The position numbers and the translations under genes are program-made. 64,000 nucleotides of DNA from Candidatus Melainabacteria bacterium 17Bon1m (GTDB lineage Bacteria > Cyanobacteriota > Vampirovibrionia > Obscuribacterales > Obscuribacteraceae), in contig JAVLKG010000003.1 in assembly GCA_032128875.1 (NCBI GenBank), positions 481,008-545,007 of the forward strand. The letters are read 5' to 3'. A model generated the notes under the pieces. That model saw only the letters and a program-made list of their open reading frames with translations. It ran no database searches and was not told where the DNA came from. Shown here one piece after another: positions 37,719-48,670 of this stretch. How positions within the stretch are numbered: position 1 is the stretch's first letter; each line of letters starts with the position of its first letter.

Positions 37719-39545
37719 ATGCCATCCAGATTAAAGCGCAATCAGTCGTGCGGGCAATTAGGCATAGGCGACGTCGATCGCGAAGTTACTGTGGCTGGCT
37801 GGGTGCATGTTCGGCGTGACCTTGGCGGGCTTATCTTCATTGAGCTGCGTGACCAGACCGGGCGCGTTCAATTAGCCGCTGACCCCAATCGCAACAAAGA
37901 AGTGCACACTGAGCTGAGCACTCTCAAAAACGAGTTTGTGTTGATAGCCAAGGGCAAGGTAACGGCGCGTCCTGCCGGCAGTGAAAACCGCGAAACGCCC
38001 ACAGGGCTTGTGGAAATCTATCCGGACGCTGTTGAGATTTTGAACACCGCCAAGCCATTGCCGTTTCAGCTCGATCAAGGCGATGCTGTAAACGAAGAGC
38101 TGCGCCTGAAATACAGATTTCTCGATCTCAGACGTCCGGAGATGAACAACAATCTCAGATTGAGACACCGCGTCACACAGGCTATTCGCCGTGCTCTCGA
38201 TAGCACCGGTTTTATTGAAGTAGAAACACCGATTCTTACGAAAGCAACTCCGGAAGGGGCAAGAGACTTTCTTGTACCGAGCCGGTTGAACCCAGGCAAC
38301 TTCTATGCGTTGCCGCAGTCTCCGCAGTTGTTCAAGCAAACCCTGATGATTAGCGGCATCGATCGCTATTATCAGGTCGCTCGCTGCTTCAGAGATGAAG
38401 ACTTGAGAGCTGACAGACAGCCTGAATTCACGCAAATAGATATCGAGCTTTCCTTTACCGATGAGGAGGAAGTGCAGGAAGTTACTGAAAAGCTTCTTAC
38501 AGCAGGTTTTGCAGAAGCCGGTATCGAGTTGAAACCACCGTTCAAACGCTTGCCTTACAAGGAAGCTATGGAAAAATACGGCAACGATAAGCCTGATCTG
38601 CGCTTCGATATGGAAATTAAAGACATGACTGAAGTTGCGAAATCCTGCAGCTTTAAAGTCTTCAGAGAAAATGCAGACCAAGGCGGGGTACTGAAAGGCT
38701 TTTGCTTGAAGGGCGGCGCTGAGAAAGATCCGATATCGAGAAAAACGCTTGATCTTTGGACTGAGGCAGCAAAGAAAGATGGTGCCAAAGGTCTTGCCTG
38801 GGTCATCTTTGGAAAGGACGGCACGCGCTCGTCCGGTATCGACAAACATCTAACTCCTGAAGAAATGGACAAACTGAAGTCTCTTTCCGGCTCAGAGACA
38901 GGCGATGTGCTATTGCTGGTTTCCGATAAATTTGCAGTTGCAGTAAATGTTCTGGGTCGCTTGCGCCTGAGAATAGCCGAAGAGCGTGGATTGATAGACG
39001 AAAGCCGTCACGAACTTCTCTGGGTGGTGGACTTCCCGTTGTTTGAATACGACGAGAAAGAAGGGCGCATGATGGCTGTTCACCATCCTTTCACTTCTCC
39101 AAATCTCGATGATGCACAATATCTAGAGTCAGATCCTGGAAGAATTCGCGCTCGCGCTTACGACATCGTTTATAACGGAGTCGAAATCGGCGGCGGCTCC
39201 ATTCGTATTCACGATCAAGAACTGCAAAGTCGCGCATTCCAAGCCATTGGAATCGATCGCGATCAAGCTCGCGACAAGTTCGGCTTCTTGCTTGATGCTC
39301 TTGAATCCGGCGCTCCTCCGCATGGTGGGCTGGCATTGGGGCTTGACCGTATCATCATGCTTTTGGCTGGATGCAAATCGATTCGTGACGTAATTGCTTT
39401 TCCCAAGACGCAATCCGGCGGTTGCTTGATGACACAGGCACCATCGGCGGCATCAGAGGAACAGCTGAAAGAAATCCATATCATCACCAATCCTCCGCAA
39501 AAAGAACCTGCCAAAGAGAGCCAGGTCGCCTCTGCTGTTCAATAG
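37719..39545 (+). CDS. aspS: Aspartate--tRNA ligase, probably non-discriminating Asp/Asn type
   Basis: [45 protein letters not shown] and GAPPHGG motifs. Confidence 0.97.
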   Translation: MPSRLKRNQSCGQLGIGDVDREVTVAGWVHVRRDLGGLIFIELRDQTGRVQLAADPNRNKEVHTELSTLKNEFVLIAKGKVTARPAGSENRETPTGLVEIYPDAVEILNTAKPLPFQLDQGDAVNEELRLKYRFLDLRRPEMNNNLRLRHRVTQAIRRALDSTGFIEVETPILTKATPEGARDFLVPSRLNPGNFYALPQSPQLFKQTLMISGIDRYYQVARCFRDEDLRADRQPEFTQIDIELSFTDEEEVQEVTEKLLTAGFAEAGIELKPPFKRLPYKEAMEKYGNDKPDLRFDMEIKDMTEVAKSCSFKVFRENADQGGVLKGFCLKGGAEKDPISRKTLDLWTEAAKKDGAKGLAWVIFGKDGTRSSGIDKHLTPEEMDKLKSLSGSETGDVLLLVSDKFAVAVNVLGRLRLRIAEERGLIDESRHELLWVVDFPLFEYDEKEGRMMAVHHPFTSPNLDDAQYLESDPGRIRARAYDIVYNGVEIGGGSIRIHDQELQSRAFQAIGIDRDQARDKFGFLLDALESGAPPHGGLALGLDRIIMLLAGCKSIRDVIAFPKTQSGGCLMTQAPSAASEEQLKEIHIITNPPQKEPAKESQVASAVQ

Positions 39546-39676
39546 GAGAGCCAGGGGTAAACCCTGGGGTGGTGCATGGCCAGCCATGCTAGAATGCGAT
39601 TGAGTCCCAGCAGTGGTGGGTCTGGTCGATTTTGGAATACGTTGTTTATCTGTCCTGAATACGTTTGAATACGGAC

Positions 39677-40498
39677 ATGATCGCGAGAGCTGAGAGCAAA
39701 ACAACTCAGAAAAGCAAGTCATTGCCGCCGGTAAGAACGGCCTTCTTGCTGTCGGCATTCCTGGCAGTGCAGCTATGTGTTTCATCATGTGGTGTAAAGC
39801 TGAAGACACCGACTGAATATCTAGTGTCGGGTAATGAGTATTTCAAAATCGGTGATTATCGTCATGCCGAGCTCGAATACAGAGAAGCTTTGAAGCAAGA
39901 TCCGAAGAGTCCAACGGCAAAAAACAATCTTGGCGTGATTTTGAATGAGCTGGGTAGATACGATGAAGCCATCGCTATCTTGCAAGAAGCTGTAAACGCA
40001 GACCCGAAGAATTGCATTGCACGTTACGTGCTCGCCATGGCACTTACGCACAAGGGCGATTTCGATGGAGCGATGGAGCAGGCTCGACAAGCCACTGAGC
40101 TAGATCCCAAAGAGCCCCAAGCATATAAAGCTTTGGGCGATGCTGCTGTTGGAAAAGGCGATGTGAAGACAGCAGTTGAAGCTTATCGCTCCGCCACAAT
40201 TGTCGATCCTACTAATGATGCTAATCATCATCGTCTTGCCGAAGTTCTTGGACAGGCTGATGATGTTGAGGGGCAGATTTTGGAAGAGAATAAATCGCTA
40301 GAATTGAATCCCGGCAATCAAGATGCGCGCATTGGTCTTGCTCTGGCCACTAAGAAGAAGGGCGACACTAGCGAAGCTGTTGTCCACTTGAAAAAGGTTT
40401 TGGAAGAAGACCCTGACAACGAGACTGCCAAGAAATACTTGAAAGAGCTCGATCCAACCGCTGTTCCGGCGCCACCTTCGGCCAGTTATTCAAGATAG
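39677..40498 (+). CDS. TPR repeat lipoprotein
   Basis: Lipobox-like VSSC; multiple TPR units. Confidence 0.8.
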   Translation: MIARAESKTTQKSKSLPPVRTAFLLSAFLAVQLCVSSCGVKLKTPTEYLVSGNEYFKIGDYRHAELEYREALKQDPKSPTAKNNLGVILNELGRYDEAIAILQEAVNADPKNCIARYVLAMALTHKGDFDGAMEQARQATELDPKEPQAYKALGDAAVGKGDVKTAVEAYRSATIVDPTNDANHHRLAEVLGQADDVEGQILEENKSLELNPGNQDARIGLALATKKKGDTSEAVVHLKKVLEEDPDNETAKKYLKELDPTAVPAPPSASYSR

Positions 40499-40604
40499 AA
40501 GAATAGCTAGCGAAAAAATCTTTGCTGGGATTGAACTTTTTTTCTGCAGCGAACGTATTACTAAATAACCAGCCAAAAATGATTTCCAAGACAAGGAGGT
40601 CTGT

Positions 40605-42143
40605 ATGTTCGCGCGTATTTTTTCGGGCGGCCTGATAGGAGTTGATGCCTACCGCATCGAGGTCGAAGTCGACTGCAGTGGTGGTATTGGACAAATACAA
40701 GTTGTCGGACTGCCTGATGCTTCAGTAAAAGAGTCACAAGAAAGGGTTAGAGCTGCAATCAAGTCATGTTCATTTCTTATGCCACCCGGAAAGAAGTGGG
40801 TGGTGAATATGGCGCCGGCCGATACGAGAAAAGAAGGACCTTTATATGATTTGCCGATTGCGATTGGAATACTGGCGTCCACAGGATTGATCAACAAGCA
40901 TCACATATCTCGTTTCTGGCTTGTTGGAGAGCTTGGATTAGACGGTTCCGTCAGACCTGTCACTGGCATTCTTCCAATCGCAATTGCGGCAAAACAACAG
41001 GGTGCCGAAGCAATTATCGTTCCGGAAGCAAATGCAGAAGAAGCTTCTCTGGTAGAAGGACTCGCAGTCTTTTCAGTTAGTCACCTGTTGCAAGCGTGTC
41101 TCTTGCTGAATGATCCAGAGAGCCTGACACCTTATCAGTTAAATGCAAGAAAGAAGTTTGACACTCACAGCAGGCGTCGCCAACAGTTTGGCGATTTGCG
41201 TGAGGTAAAGGGGCAGTTGCATGCCAAACGAGCGTTGGAAATTGCCGCAGCAGGCCGTCACAACATTTTGATGATTGGCCCGCCCGGCTCAGGAAAGTCG
41301 ATGCTTGCTCAGCGTTTGCCTGGCATTATGCCGCCTCTATCGTTTGAAGAAGCACTCGAGTTGACGAAGCTCTACAGCGTTGCAGGTTTAGTGACAGACC
41401 GCGCATCGTTAGTTCATGATCGCCCATTTAGATCACCGCACCACACAGCTTCCGCAGTCGGTCTTACAGGCGGTGGTGCAAATCCCAAACCTGGCGAAAT
41501 CTCACTATCTCATAAGGGTGTTTTGTTCCTAGATGAATTGACTGAGTTTCCTCGTCATCATCTAGAGACGCTTCGCCAACCTTTAGAAACGGCCAATATC
41601 GTCATAAGCCGAGCACAGCAGACTATTACTTATCCTGCATCCTTTTTGCTGGTGGCGGCCTGCAATCCCTGTCCCTGTGGCTATCGCGGAGACAATGTCA
41701 AATTCTGTGTTTGTACTCCATCACAGGCAGACAGATACTGGAATCGCATTTCAGGACCGCTTCTGGATCGAATCGACTTGCATGTAGAAGTCGGGCGATT
41801 GAAGGAAGGAGAATTGGCCGGCGAGCCAGACGGGACGTCATCAGAGGATGTTCGTGCTCGCGTTTTGAGAGCAGTTGGTCGTCAGAGAGAACGTCAGGCA
41901 GGAGAGCCTTTCAATTTCAACGGGCAAATGACCCAAAAACAATTGACGCGTCATTGCAAAATTGACGAAGAATGTCGCTTTCTACTTGCCCGTGCCGTCA
42001 CACAGATGGGTTTGTCTGCACGCGCCCACGATCGTATTCTTCGCATATCGCGAACTATTGCTGATCTCGCTCAAGAAGAACAAATCACCTCAACTCATAT
42101 CGCCGAAGCCATTCGCTTTCGAAATACAACACGTACCGGTTAG
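40605..42143 (+). CDS. comM: YifB/ComM Mg-chelatase-like AAA+ ATPase
   Basis: VGLPDASVKESQERV, GELGLDG, GPPGSGKSM, FRSPHH, LFLDE, NPCPCG and ISGPLLDRID motifs. Confidence 0.9.
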   Translation: MFARIFSGGLIGVDAYRIEVEVDCSGGIGQIQVVGLPDASVKESQERVRAAIKSCSFLMPPGKKWVVNMAPADTRKEGPLYDLPIAIGILASTGLINKHHISRFWLVGELGLDGSVRPVTGILPIAIAAKQQGAEAIIVPEANAEEASLVEGLAVFSVSHLLQACLLLNDPESLTPYQLNARKKFDTHSRRRQQFGDLREVKGQLHAKRALEIAAAGRHNILMIGPPGSGKSMLAQRLPGIMPPLSFEEALELTKLYSVAGLVTDRASLVHDRPFRSPHHTASAVGLTGGGANPKPGEISLSHKGVLFLDELTEFPRHHLETLRQPLETANIVISRAQQTITYPASFLLVAACNPCPCGYRGDNVKFCVCTPSQADRYWNRISGPLLDRIDLHVEVGRLKEGELAGEPDGTSSEDVRARVLRAVGRQRERQAGEPFNFNGQMTQKQLTRHCKIDEECRFLLARAVTQMGLSARAHDRILRISRTIADLAQEEQITSTHIAEAIRFRNTTRTG

Positions 42144-42169
42144 GAGGTGATACAAAATGTTTACTGAAA

Positions 42170-43579
42170 TCAGGATGATGTTGCTTCGGCTTTTCTTGCG
42201 GAGAAGAAGTGCTTGTGCAGTTGCTTTATTGATTTGTCGGCGTCTTCGTTGCTAACAACAAAACTCAGGTTGATATCTGAGGCACCGCCGGAAATCATGA
42301 TGACGTTGACATTGGTCAAAGCGCTGAAGACTTCTCCGGCAATGCCGCTCTTATCTCTGAATTGGCGTCCAACAACAGAAACAATCGATACATCAGTCAT
42401 GATTCTCACATCACCGAGATCTTTCAATTCTCTGATGATTGAGTCAAGCTCGTCTGTCCTGTCTACTGTCAGTGAAACAGAAACTTCTGAAGTGGCGATC
42501 AAATCAATGGAGGTGGAATGACGATCAAAAATAGCGAATACTTTTGACAGAAATCCGTGTGCCATAAGCATCTTGAATGAGCTTATAAACAGAGCTGTGA
42601 TGCCTTTCTTTGCTGCAATAGCGCAGATTGGTCTGGCTTCGTCGTCTGCGCGATCGATTTCTTTGTCCGCTTTGATAATGGTGCCTGGAGCATCCGGACG
42701 CATTGTATTCAAAATGCGTACTGGAATTCCTTGTTCGATCGCCGGCTTGATTGTAAGAGGGTGCAGGACTTTTGCGCCAAAATAAGCCAATTCTGCAGCT
42801 TCCTGAAAGCCTACTTCGTCAATCACTTCTGCTTCCGGGACGAGTCTGGGATCTGATGTCATCATTCCATCTACGTCGGTCCAAATTTGAATTTCGTCTG
42901 CTTTCAGGGCAGCACCGAATATGGCGGCACTATAGTCGGAACCACCGCGCCCCAATGTGGTCGTCACGCCGTTTTCTGTCGATCCGATAAATCCTTGAGT
43001 GATGACGATCTTTCCATCTTTAGATGGCTTTGCCATTTTAGATTGGGCATTTTTTTCGATTTCATCGCTCAGCGGAGTCGCGCGGCCGAAAGTATCGTCG
43101 GTCGCCATAACTTGTCTTGCATCTACCCATGTGCTCGGGATGCCCTGATGCTCAGCAATTGCCGCAACGACTTTGGAGGAAAGTATTTCACCCATGCCAG
43201 AAATAGCATCGACAGAGCGCTTGGATAATTCCCCAAGATAGCTGACGCCTTTAAGAATGACTTCCAGCTCTTCAAAGTGAGGGTTGAGGCTTTCTTTGAC
43301 CTTTTGTGTGTAAGCTGCGTCTTTGCCCAAAGCTTGATCAATTGCTTCGTCGTGTTTCTTTCGAATCGACTGCAGTTCTGCCAGTGCACCTTTGAGATCG
43401 CGCGCAACAGCTTTTTCGCCTGCTGCGATCAAAGAGTTGGTGACACCGGACATTGCCGACAGCACTACCAGCGGTGCTGCACCCTTGTGTTTTGATTTGG
43501 CTTTGTTGACTATGGACAGCACATCTTGCATGCGCTCGGCAGAGCCGACCGACGTGCCGCCGAATTTCATTACCAGCAT
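42170..43579 (-). CDS. lysC: Aspartate kinase (two ACT domains)
   Basis: MKFGGTSVG, VLSAMSGVTN, TTLGRGGSDYSA, WTDVDG and GAKVLHP motifs. Confidence 0.95.
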   Translation of the reverse strand: MLVMKFGGTSVGSAERMQDVLSIVNKAKSKHKGAAPLVVLSAMSGVTNSLIAAGEKAVARDLKGALAELQSIRKKHDEAIDQALGKDAAYTQKVKESLNPHFEELEVILKGVSYLGELSKRSVDAISGMGEILSSKVVAAIAEHQGIPSTWVDARQVMATDDTFGRATPLSDEIEKNAQSKMAKPSKDGKIVITQGFIGSTENGVTTTLGRGGSDYSAAIFGAALKADEIQIWTDVDGMMTSDPRLVPEAEVIDEVGFQEAAELAYFGAKVLHPLTIKPAIEQGIPVRILNTMRPDAPGTIIKADKEIDRADDEARPICAIAAKKGITALFISSFKMLMAHGFLSKVFAIFDRHSTSIDLIATSEVSVSLTVDRTDELDSIIRELKDLGDVRIMTDVSIVSVVGRQFRDKSGIAGEVFSALTNVNVIMISGGASDINLSFVVSNEDADKSIKQLHKHFFSARKAEATSS

Positions 43580-43644
43580 TTAGCTACTCCTGCCAGCTGT
43601 GAACACGACAAGAGTTACTTTAATGCTTGAGCGAGCCGCATGTA

Positions 43645-43678
43645 TTACCTGCGGTAAATCTCGTTACCTGCGGTAAAT
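43645..43678. repeat. 15-bp direct repeat TTACCTGCGGTAAAT duplicating the murA 3' end
   Basis: Copies at 43645-43659 and 43664-43678. Confidence 0.85.
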
Positions 43679-44977
43679 GTCTGCACCCAAACCACGGAAC
43701 TTATCTTCAAGATTTTCGTATCCACGGTCCATGTGACGCAGTCCGGTAACTTCCGTTATACCTTCAGCTCCCAAACCTGCGATAACTAGTGCAGCAGCAG
43801 CTCTCAAATCGCTGGATTTGACTTCGGCACCGGTCAATTTCGGCACGCCTTTGATTACAGCAGCATTGCCGGTGAGCGAAATATCGGCGCCCATGCGTCT
43901 CAATTCGCCGACTTGCATGAAACGATTTTCGTAAATCGTTTCTGTAATAATCGAAGTGCCTTCAGCAACTGCCAGAACCGACATTAGCGGTGCTTGCAAG
44001 TCTGTTGGATAGCCTGGATAAGGCAAGGTAGTGCAATCTACCGGTTTGATCAGCTTGCCGGACTTAACTTTGATGATGTCCGGAGAGTAGATCGATACTT
44101 CAGCACCCATCTCTTGCATCTTGCTGATCACTGAGTAGAGGTGGTGAGGATTGCAGTTTTTGAGGACGATTTCGCCAGTTGTTGCCATAACAGCAAACAA
44201 GAAGGTACCTGCTTCCAGGCGATCTGGAATGGTGTCAATCGTGGCGCCGTGCAGCTCGGAGAGTTTTACACCGTCGATAACGATTTGGTATGTGCCGGCT
44301 CCGGTAATCTTTGCGCCCATTGCGTTGCAGAAGTCCGCCAAGTTGGCAATTTCCGGATCTTGAGCGGCGTTTTCGATAATGGTTTGACCTTCAGCGAGCA
44401 CTGCTGCCAGCATGATGTTTTCGGTCGCACCGTTGGACGGACGATCTAGATAGATTCTTTGTCCAACCAGTTTATCCGTGGTGGCATGAACATAACCATG
44501 CTCACACCAGATTTCAGCACCGAGCGACTTCAAGCCGCGTTCGTGCAAATCAATTCTTCTTTCTCCGATGGCGCAACCACCAGGAAGTGAGACTTTGGCT
44601 TGGTGGCAGCGAGCTACCAGAGGACCAAGTACTACGAAAGAAGCTCTCAGCTGACTGACCAACTCATAAGGAGCTTCGAAGTCGGTGATATCGGTTGCAT
44701 CGATGATTACTTCATCTTTGCCAATAGTGACTTTTGCACCCAACGTGCGGATGACGTCTGCCATCATGTGGACGTCGGTGAGATTAGGTACGTTGCGAAG
44801 GACGGACACACCAGGCGCCAGAAGGGCTGCTGCCATCATCTTGAGCACTGAGTTTTTCGCGCCGGAGATGGTTACTTCGCCGTTTAATGGCTTGCCACCA
44901 CGAATGATGATGCGCTCTTCGGACTCTTGCGGACCTTGTTTGGTCGGAGGATCTACTCTGGAAATTTGTGGTGTCAT
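43664..44977 (-). CDS. murA: UDP-N-acetylglucosamine 1-carboxyvinyltransferase
   Basis: ISGAKNS, LRAS, PGGCAIGER (active-site Cys), PGYPTDLQ, ENRF, DLRA and DRGYE motifs. Confidence 0.97.
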   Translation of the reverse strand: MTPQISRVDPPTKQGPQESEERIIIRGGKPLNGEVTISGAKNSVLKMMAAALLAPGVSVLRNVPNLTDVHMMADVIRTLGAKVTIGKDEVIIDATDITDFEAPYELVSQLRASFVVLGPLVARCHQAKVSLPGGCAIGERRIDLHERGLKSLGAEIWCEHGYVHATTDKLVGQRIYLDRPSNGATENIMLAAVLAEGQTIIENAAQDPEIANLADFCNAMGAKITGAGTYQIVIDGVKLSELHGATIDTIPDRLEAGTFLFAVMATTGEIVLKNCNPHHLYSVISKMQEMGAEVSIYSPDIIKVKSGKLIKPVDCTTLPYPGYPTDLQAPLMSVLAVAEGTSIITETIYENRFMQVGELRRMGADISLTGNAAVIKGVPKLTGAEVKSSDLRAAAALVIAGLGAEGITEVTGLRHMDRGYENLEDKFRGLGADIYRR

Positions 44978-45325
44978 TCTTTATTGCGCCGCTTCTAGGG
45001 AGTTGCCGGAATTTAGGATTCGTATTTTCAGTCTTTTGCGCTCTACTCCAAAGACGCAAACGACTAGATCGATATGTAGTGTGGGTGCCGAGATCCTGAT
45101 GGATATTTGCGGGGGTGCCTAAGGTCGAATTTGTATCTTTTGCAAATATCTGTCGGTCACCAGTGCGCGATAATGCGCCTCTGTACTTACTTTACACTGC
45201 AAAGGTAAGCCGGGTGTTAACCTAGAGGCTAAATTGTATTTGGTATAAAAGTTCGTTAGGGTGTGCCTCTTTCACGCTTCTAGTCTGACTTGAAATACAA
45301 AGAGCAAGTTCCCATCACGCTTTCC

Positions 45326-45760
45326 ATGGATGTTAAACAGGTGTTAATTTATTTTGTCAAGTGCCTTTACGCAATTGCACAGTCGGTGTTACGCCAGTCT
45401 CCAAGCGTAGCCGCAATGACGTTGACCGTAATTCTTCTCTTGTCAGCCTGCTCAATGGGTGAAGAGGTCAAGAGAATTCGAGCTGTCAATGAGATGGAGA
45501 AAGAGCGCGCTCAGTCTCAGTCGACGGACTTGACGGGTGAGCAAGTGTTTATTCGCAGTTGTAATACTTGTCATCCCCGGGGCAGGCAAGGCGTCGGTCC
45601 TGCCCTTGATCAACTGAGTGAACATTTTGCCACTGACGAGATGTTGAAGCGCTTTATACGTATGGGTAAAGGCGTCATGCCTGCCAATCCGAAGGAAACG
45701 CTCAATGACGTTGAACTGGACAATTTGGTCAAATATTTGCGTGCATTGCCCAAGCCTTAA
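45326..45760 (+). CDS. Monoheme class I cytochrome c, probably lipid-anchored
   Basis: CNTCH heme motif, distal Met in GKGVMP, lipobox LSAC; start uncertain. Confidence 0.8.
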   Translation: MDVKQVLIYFVKCLYAIAQSVLRQSPSVAAMTLTVILLLSACSMGEEVKRIRAVNEMEKERAQSQSTDLTGEQVFIRSCNTCHPRGRQGVGPALDQLSEHFATDEMLKRFIRMGKGVMPANPKETLNDVELDNLVKYLRALPKP

Positions 45761-45778
45761 AATCAGCTCAGACCGCTT

Positions 45779-46363
45779 TTAGCTGGTCGGATTGACGAGC
45801 AGCTCCAAGACCCAGATCAGCGTGATGCAGAAAAGCACCACGATAACTATCCGTGAGATCAGGTGCGGACCGGACATGATGATTGGGTCGATGGGGCAGA
45901 ACTTGACGAAAGAATTCGGTATCTTTTCGCGCTCTGCTAGATATAAAGACGAGATCAGCATCGGCCACACGCGCTTTCCGTCTTTGTTCAACTTATAAAT
46001 TACGATCACTAATTCGGGACTTATATAAAGCTGAACGACTTGATCCCAGTTGACTGTTTTTCTTTGCGGCCAATAAGTACCGCGATATTTGATGCCGTGC
46101 CGACTGAGCTGCAGGCTTGAAGGGCTCAGGTATGGTCTGAGTCCAACCAATATAGAAACAAGGGCGATCGTGATGAAAAAGCCCTCGACGTTGATGAGCA
46201 TTTTCCAATTGCCCGTCTCTACCAACTTGGCCCAGAGAAACTTTGCCAGACCCAGATAGGCGGCCGCGAGGATTACGCACATTGCCAATTCCGTAGGATC
46301 TCTATTCTCTACGTAGTTGTCTTGCGAGTCTTCTAACGGTTCCGATTGTGGTGCATTAGACAT
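45779..46363 (-). CDS. Hypothetical membrane protein
   Basis: Three TM helices around a soluble beta-rich segment. Confidence 0.7.
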   Translation of the reverse strand: MSNAPQSEPLEDSQDNYVENRDPTELAMCVILAAAYLGLAKFLWAKLVETGNWKMLINVEGFFITIALVSILVGLRPYLSPSSLQLSRHGIKYRGTYWPQRKTVNWDQVVQLYISPELVIVIYKLNKDGKRVWPMLISSLYLAEREKIPNSFVKFCPIDPIIMSGPHLISRIVIVVLFCITLIWVLELLVNPTS

Positions 46364-46475
46364 GCCGGTATTAAGACCGATCTTGCAATTGCGATAGTAA
46401 GCCTTGACCTAGAGTAAACAAACGAAGTTTGCTTTTCCACTAAATTCTAGCAAGCGGACACAGGAAAAACCGGAA

Positions 46476-48152
46476 TCAAGCTCCGAATAGTTCCTCGCGA
46501 GCCTGCTTTGCCTTTTCTTTTAAAACTTTGGGGCTGGCGGTGGCAATCTGTTCGCTGAGCGGTGCCACTGCCCGATAAAACTCTTGATCGAACGCACGCG
46601 TACGAATTACTACGGGCATGGGGACGGCATAGCCGAGAACAAGCGCTTGCTGTTTTGGATCCATTTGCGACAGTACGGTGCGTAATGTTTGGCTTCCGGA
46701 GACGCCAGTGAAAACTGCATCGATATCTTTGTCGTCATTTAGGAGCGCAGTTACTCGCGTTCCGATTTGGCTCAAAATCTCCGGATCGATGCCTGAGGGG
46801 CGCTGATCGACAATTAGCAAGGTGACTGAATACTTCCGCATTTCTCTGGCGATAATACCGAATATGGTTTGCTTGGCGACAGCCGGTGCCAAGAACTTGT
46901 GAGCTTCCTCAATAACAATCATCAGCTTGCGCGGAGCTTCAACGTGCTCTGGATCCGCCTGGTGAATTTCGGAGCGGCGAACATATTCCTGGTGAATACG
47001 GCGGGTGATTATATTGGTCGCCAGCATGTAGGAAAGCAAGTTGTTCTGGCGTCCGAATTCGAGTACAACGTGCTTGCCGGCCTGAATGTAAGAGAGGATT
47101 TCGTCAATGTAATTATGCGCAACGCGTGGCTTCAAATACGGTGTCTTTTGTACGACTGTATTCAGGCGGCGTTGCAAGGTCTTTAGAGCTGTTGGGTGAC
47201 CTTTGTGAAACTGGCAAAATTCTTCGATCTCCTCACCGGACATGTCGAGCAAGGTTGCAATCCAGTCGGCGCCCATTTTTTCACGAGCGATATATGCATT
47301 TTCGACAGTTGCTTCGGACAGTGCCAATTCAACTTTAAGCAGATCAAGATCTTCGATTTCAATTTGGTTGTAGCCGATATAAAGCTCGTGAACATCGGGC
47401 AATCCGCGTGCTCTGGACGACTCTTTGTCGAGACTGAATACGACAACATCCCCACCAAAAAGCTGTTTTAGGCCTTTCACGCGCGGCGCCGATTTGCTTT
47501 CCGACATGGCTTGCCAGCCGTACTCGTTGTGCATGTCGAAAACCAGCACTGAGGCTATGTCTTTGCTGATCACGCCGCAAAGAAAAATGCGTGTGAGGAA
47601 TGATTTGCCGGTGCCGGATTTTCCAAAAATTCCATTGGAGCGCTCGATAAAACGGTCGAGATTTACGCAAATGGGAGTTTCCATATTCAACGGCTTTCCG
47701 ACATTGAAATACGAGTTGTGGCGGTCGTTTTCGTCTTCCTCACCAAAAACGAGAGCAAAGTCGCTTTTAGTTGCCTCAAATACCGGAGAAAAGTGGCTGG
47801 GAATTGTTTTTACAGGCCTAAGTCCAGACTCTCCAATTTCTGCTTCTATTGAATTTCCCGATTCGAGCATCAGCATGGGCTGTACTTTGACAGTTCCGAA
47901 AGTGGAAAAACCAGAGAGCACCTCGAGGATAAACTCGTCGTTGCCGGGCGGGCTGCTCAAAATATTCGGGTTGGATGTCGCCAGCGAAACATCAGTAAGC
48001 ATGCTGAAAAAGCGAGTGCGCTTTCCTTCTACAACCACAAAGCGACCGACGCGCAAATCTTCTACGGACTGGCTTTTGTCCAGCCGCATTTCCAGCCCTG
48101 TCGAAAGAGAGCCTTGCGTAATGATGCCCAAGTAGTTTGAACGCTTTGCCAT
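46476..48152 (-). CDS. HerA/FtsK-superfamily ATPase (HAS barrel + DUF87)
   Basis: Walker A GKSGTGKS, FDMHNEYG, Walker B IEEAHKF, AREMRKY and DQRPS motifs. Confidence 0.88.
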   Translation of the reverse strand: MAKRSNYLGIITQGSLSTGLEMRLDKSQSVEDLRVGRFVVVEGKRTRFFSMLTDVSLATSNPNILSSPPGNDEFILEVLSGFSTFGTVKVQPMLMLESGNSIEAEIGESGLRPVKTIPSHFSPVFEATKSDFALVFGEEDENDRHNSYFNVGKPLNMETPICVNLDRFIERSNGIFGKSGTGKSFLTRIFLCGVISKDIASVLVFDMHNEYGWQAMSESKSAPRVKGLKQLFGGDVVVFSLDKESSRARGLPDVHELYIGYNQIEIEDLDLLKVELALSEATVENAYIAREKMGADWIATLLDMSGEEIEEFCQFHKGHPTALKTLQRRLNTVVQKTPYLKPRVAHNYIDEILSYIQAGKHVVLEFGRQNNLLSYMLATNIITRRIHQEYVRRSEIHQADPEHVEAPRKLMIVIEEAHKFLAPAVAKQTIFGIIAREMRKYSVTLLIVDQRPSGIDPEILSQIGTRVTALLNDDKDIDAVFTGVSGSQTLRTVLSQMDPKQQALVLGYAVPMPVVIRTRAFDQEFYRAVAPLSEQIATASPKVLKEKAKQAREELFGA

Positions 48153-48177
48153 CCTTACAGTGTAGTCTGTAAGTTGG

Positions 48178-48444
48178 CTATACGGTAAAACCGAGAGCTT
48201 TGGCGAAAGCTTTTACTGCTGCGTCTTTGGCGGAAGCATCAAATGTTTCTTTGTTGAGAATCTCGCTTTCTTCGTTGCCGCGATATTCCGACAATGTATA
48301 AACGAGCGGTTCGTGCAAACTTCTTTCGAGGCGGTAGAGATTTCCATTCTCTCCTGTTGCGCCTACCAGTCCCCAAACACCGTCAAGTGACTTGAGAATG
48401 TCTTCGACCGTATGCGGCCATTGTGCCCTCATCAACACGCCCAT
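48178..48444 (-). CDS. Small hypothetical protein upstream of the HerA-like gene
   Basis: GAGGAG RBS; 88 aa; ends 25 bp before the HerA-like start. Confidence 0.65.
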   Translation of the reverse strand: MGVLMRAQWPHTVEDILKSLDGVWGLVGATGENGNLYRLERSLHEPLVYTLSEYRGNEESEILNKETFDASAKDAAVKAFAKALGFTV

Positions 48445-48590
48445 TGCTCTTCTCCTCAAAAATCGGTCTTGGATTGCGACCTTATCTGGATGAACGAAAG
48501 TCCACTGCTTTTACCCGGGGTTCTTGCTGGATACCCCAGCCACGGAGTAAATGCACTGGCTGTTTATGCTTGAGACAATTGAAAAAAATA

Positions 48591-48670
<80 letters not shown>

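Noticed and set aside
37872-38849. 325-aa antisense ORF and other long shadow ORFs (47425-48135, 51635-52426, 53130-53900, 63225-63938, 29302-29997)
   Set aside because: They lie opposite well-supported genes and show no recognisable motifs, as expected of codon-bias artefacts
43580-43663. Lysine riboswitch upstream of lysC
   Set aside because: The spacer is only about 84 bp, too short, and lacks the consensus
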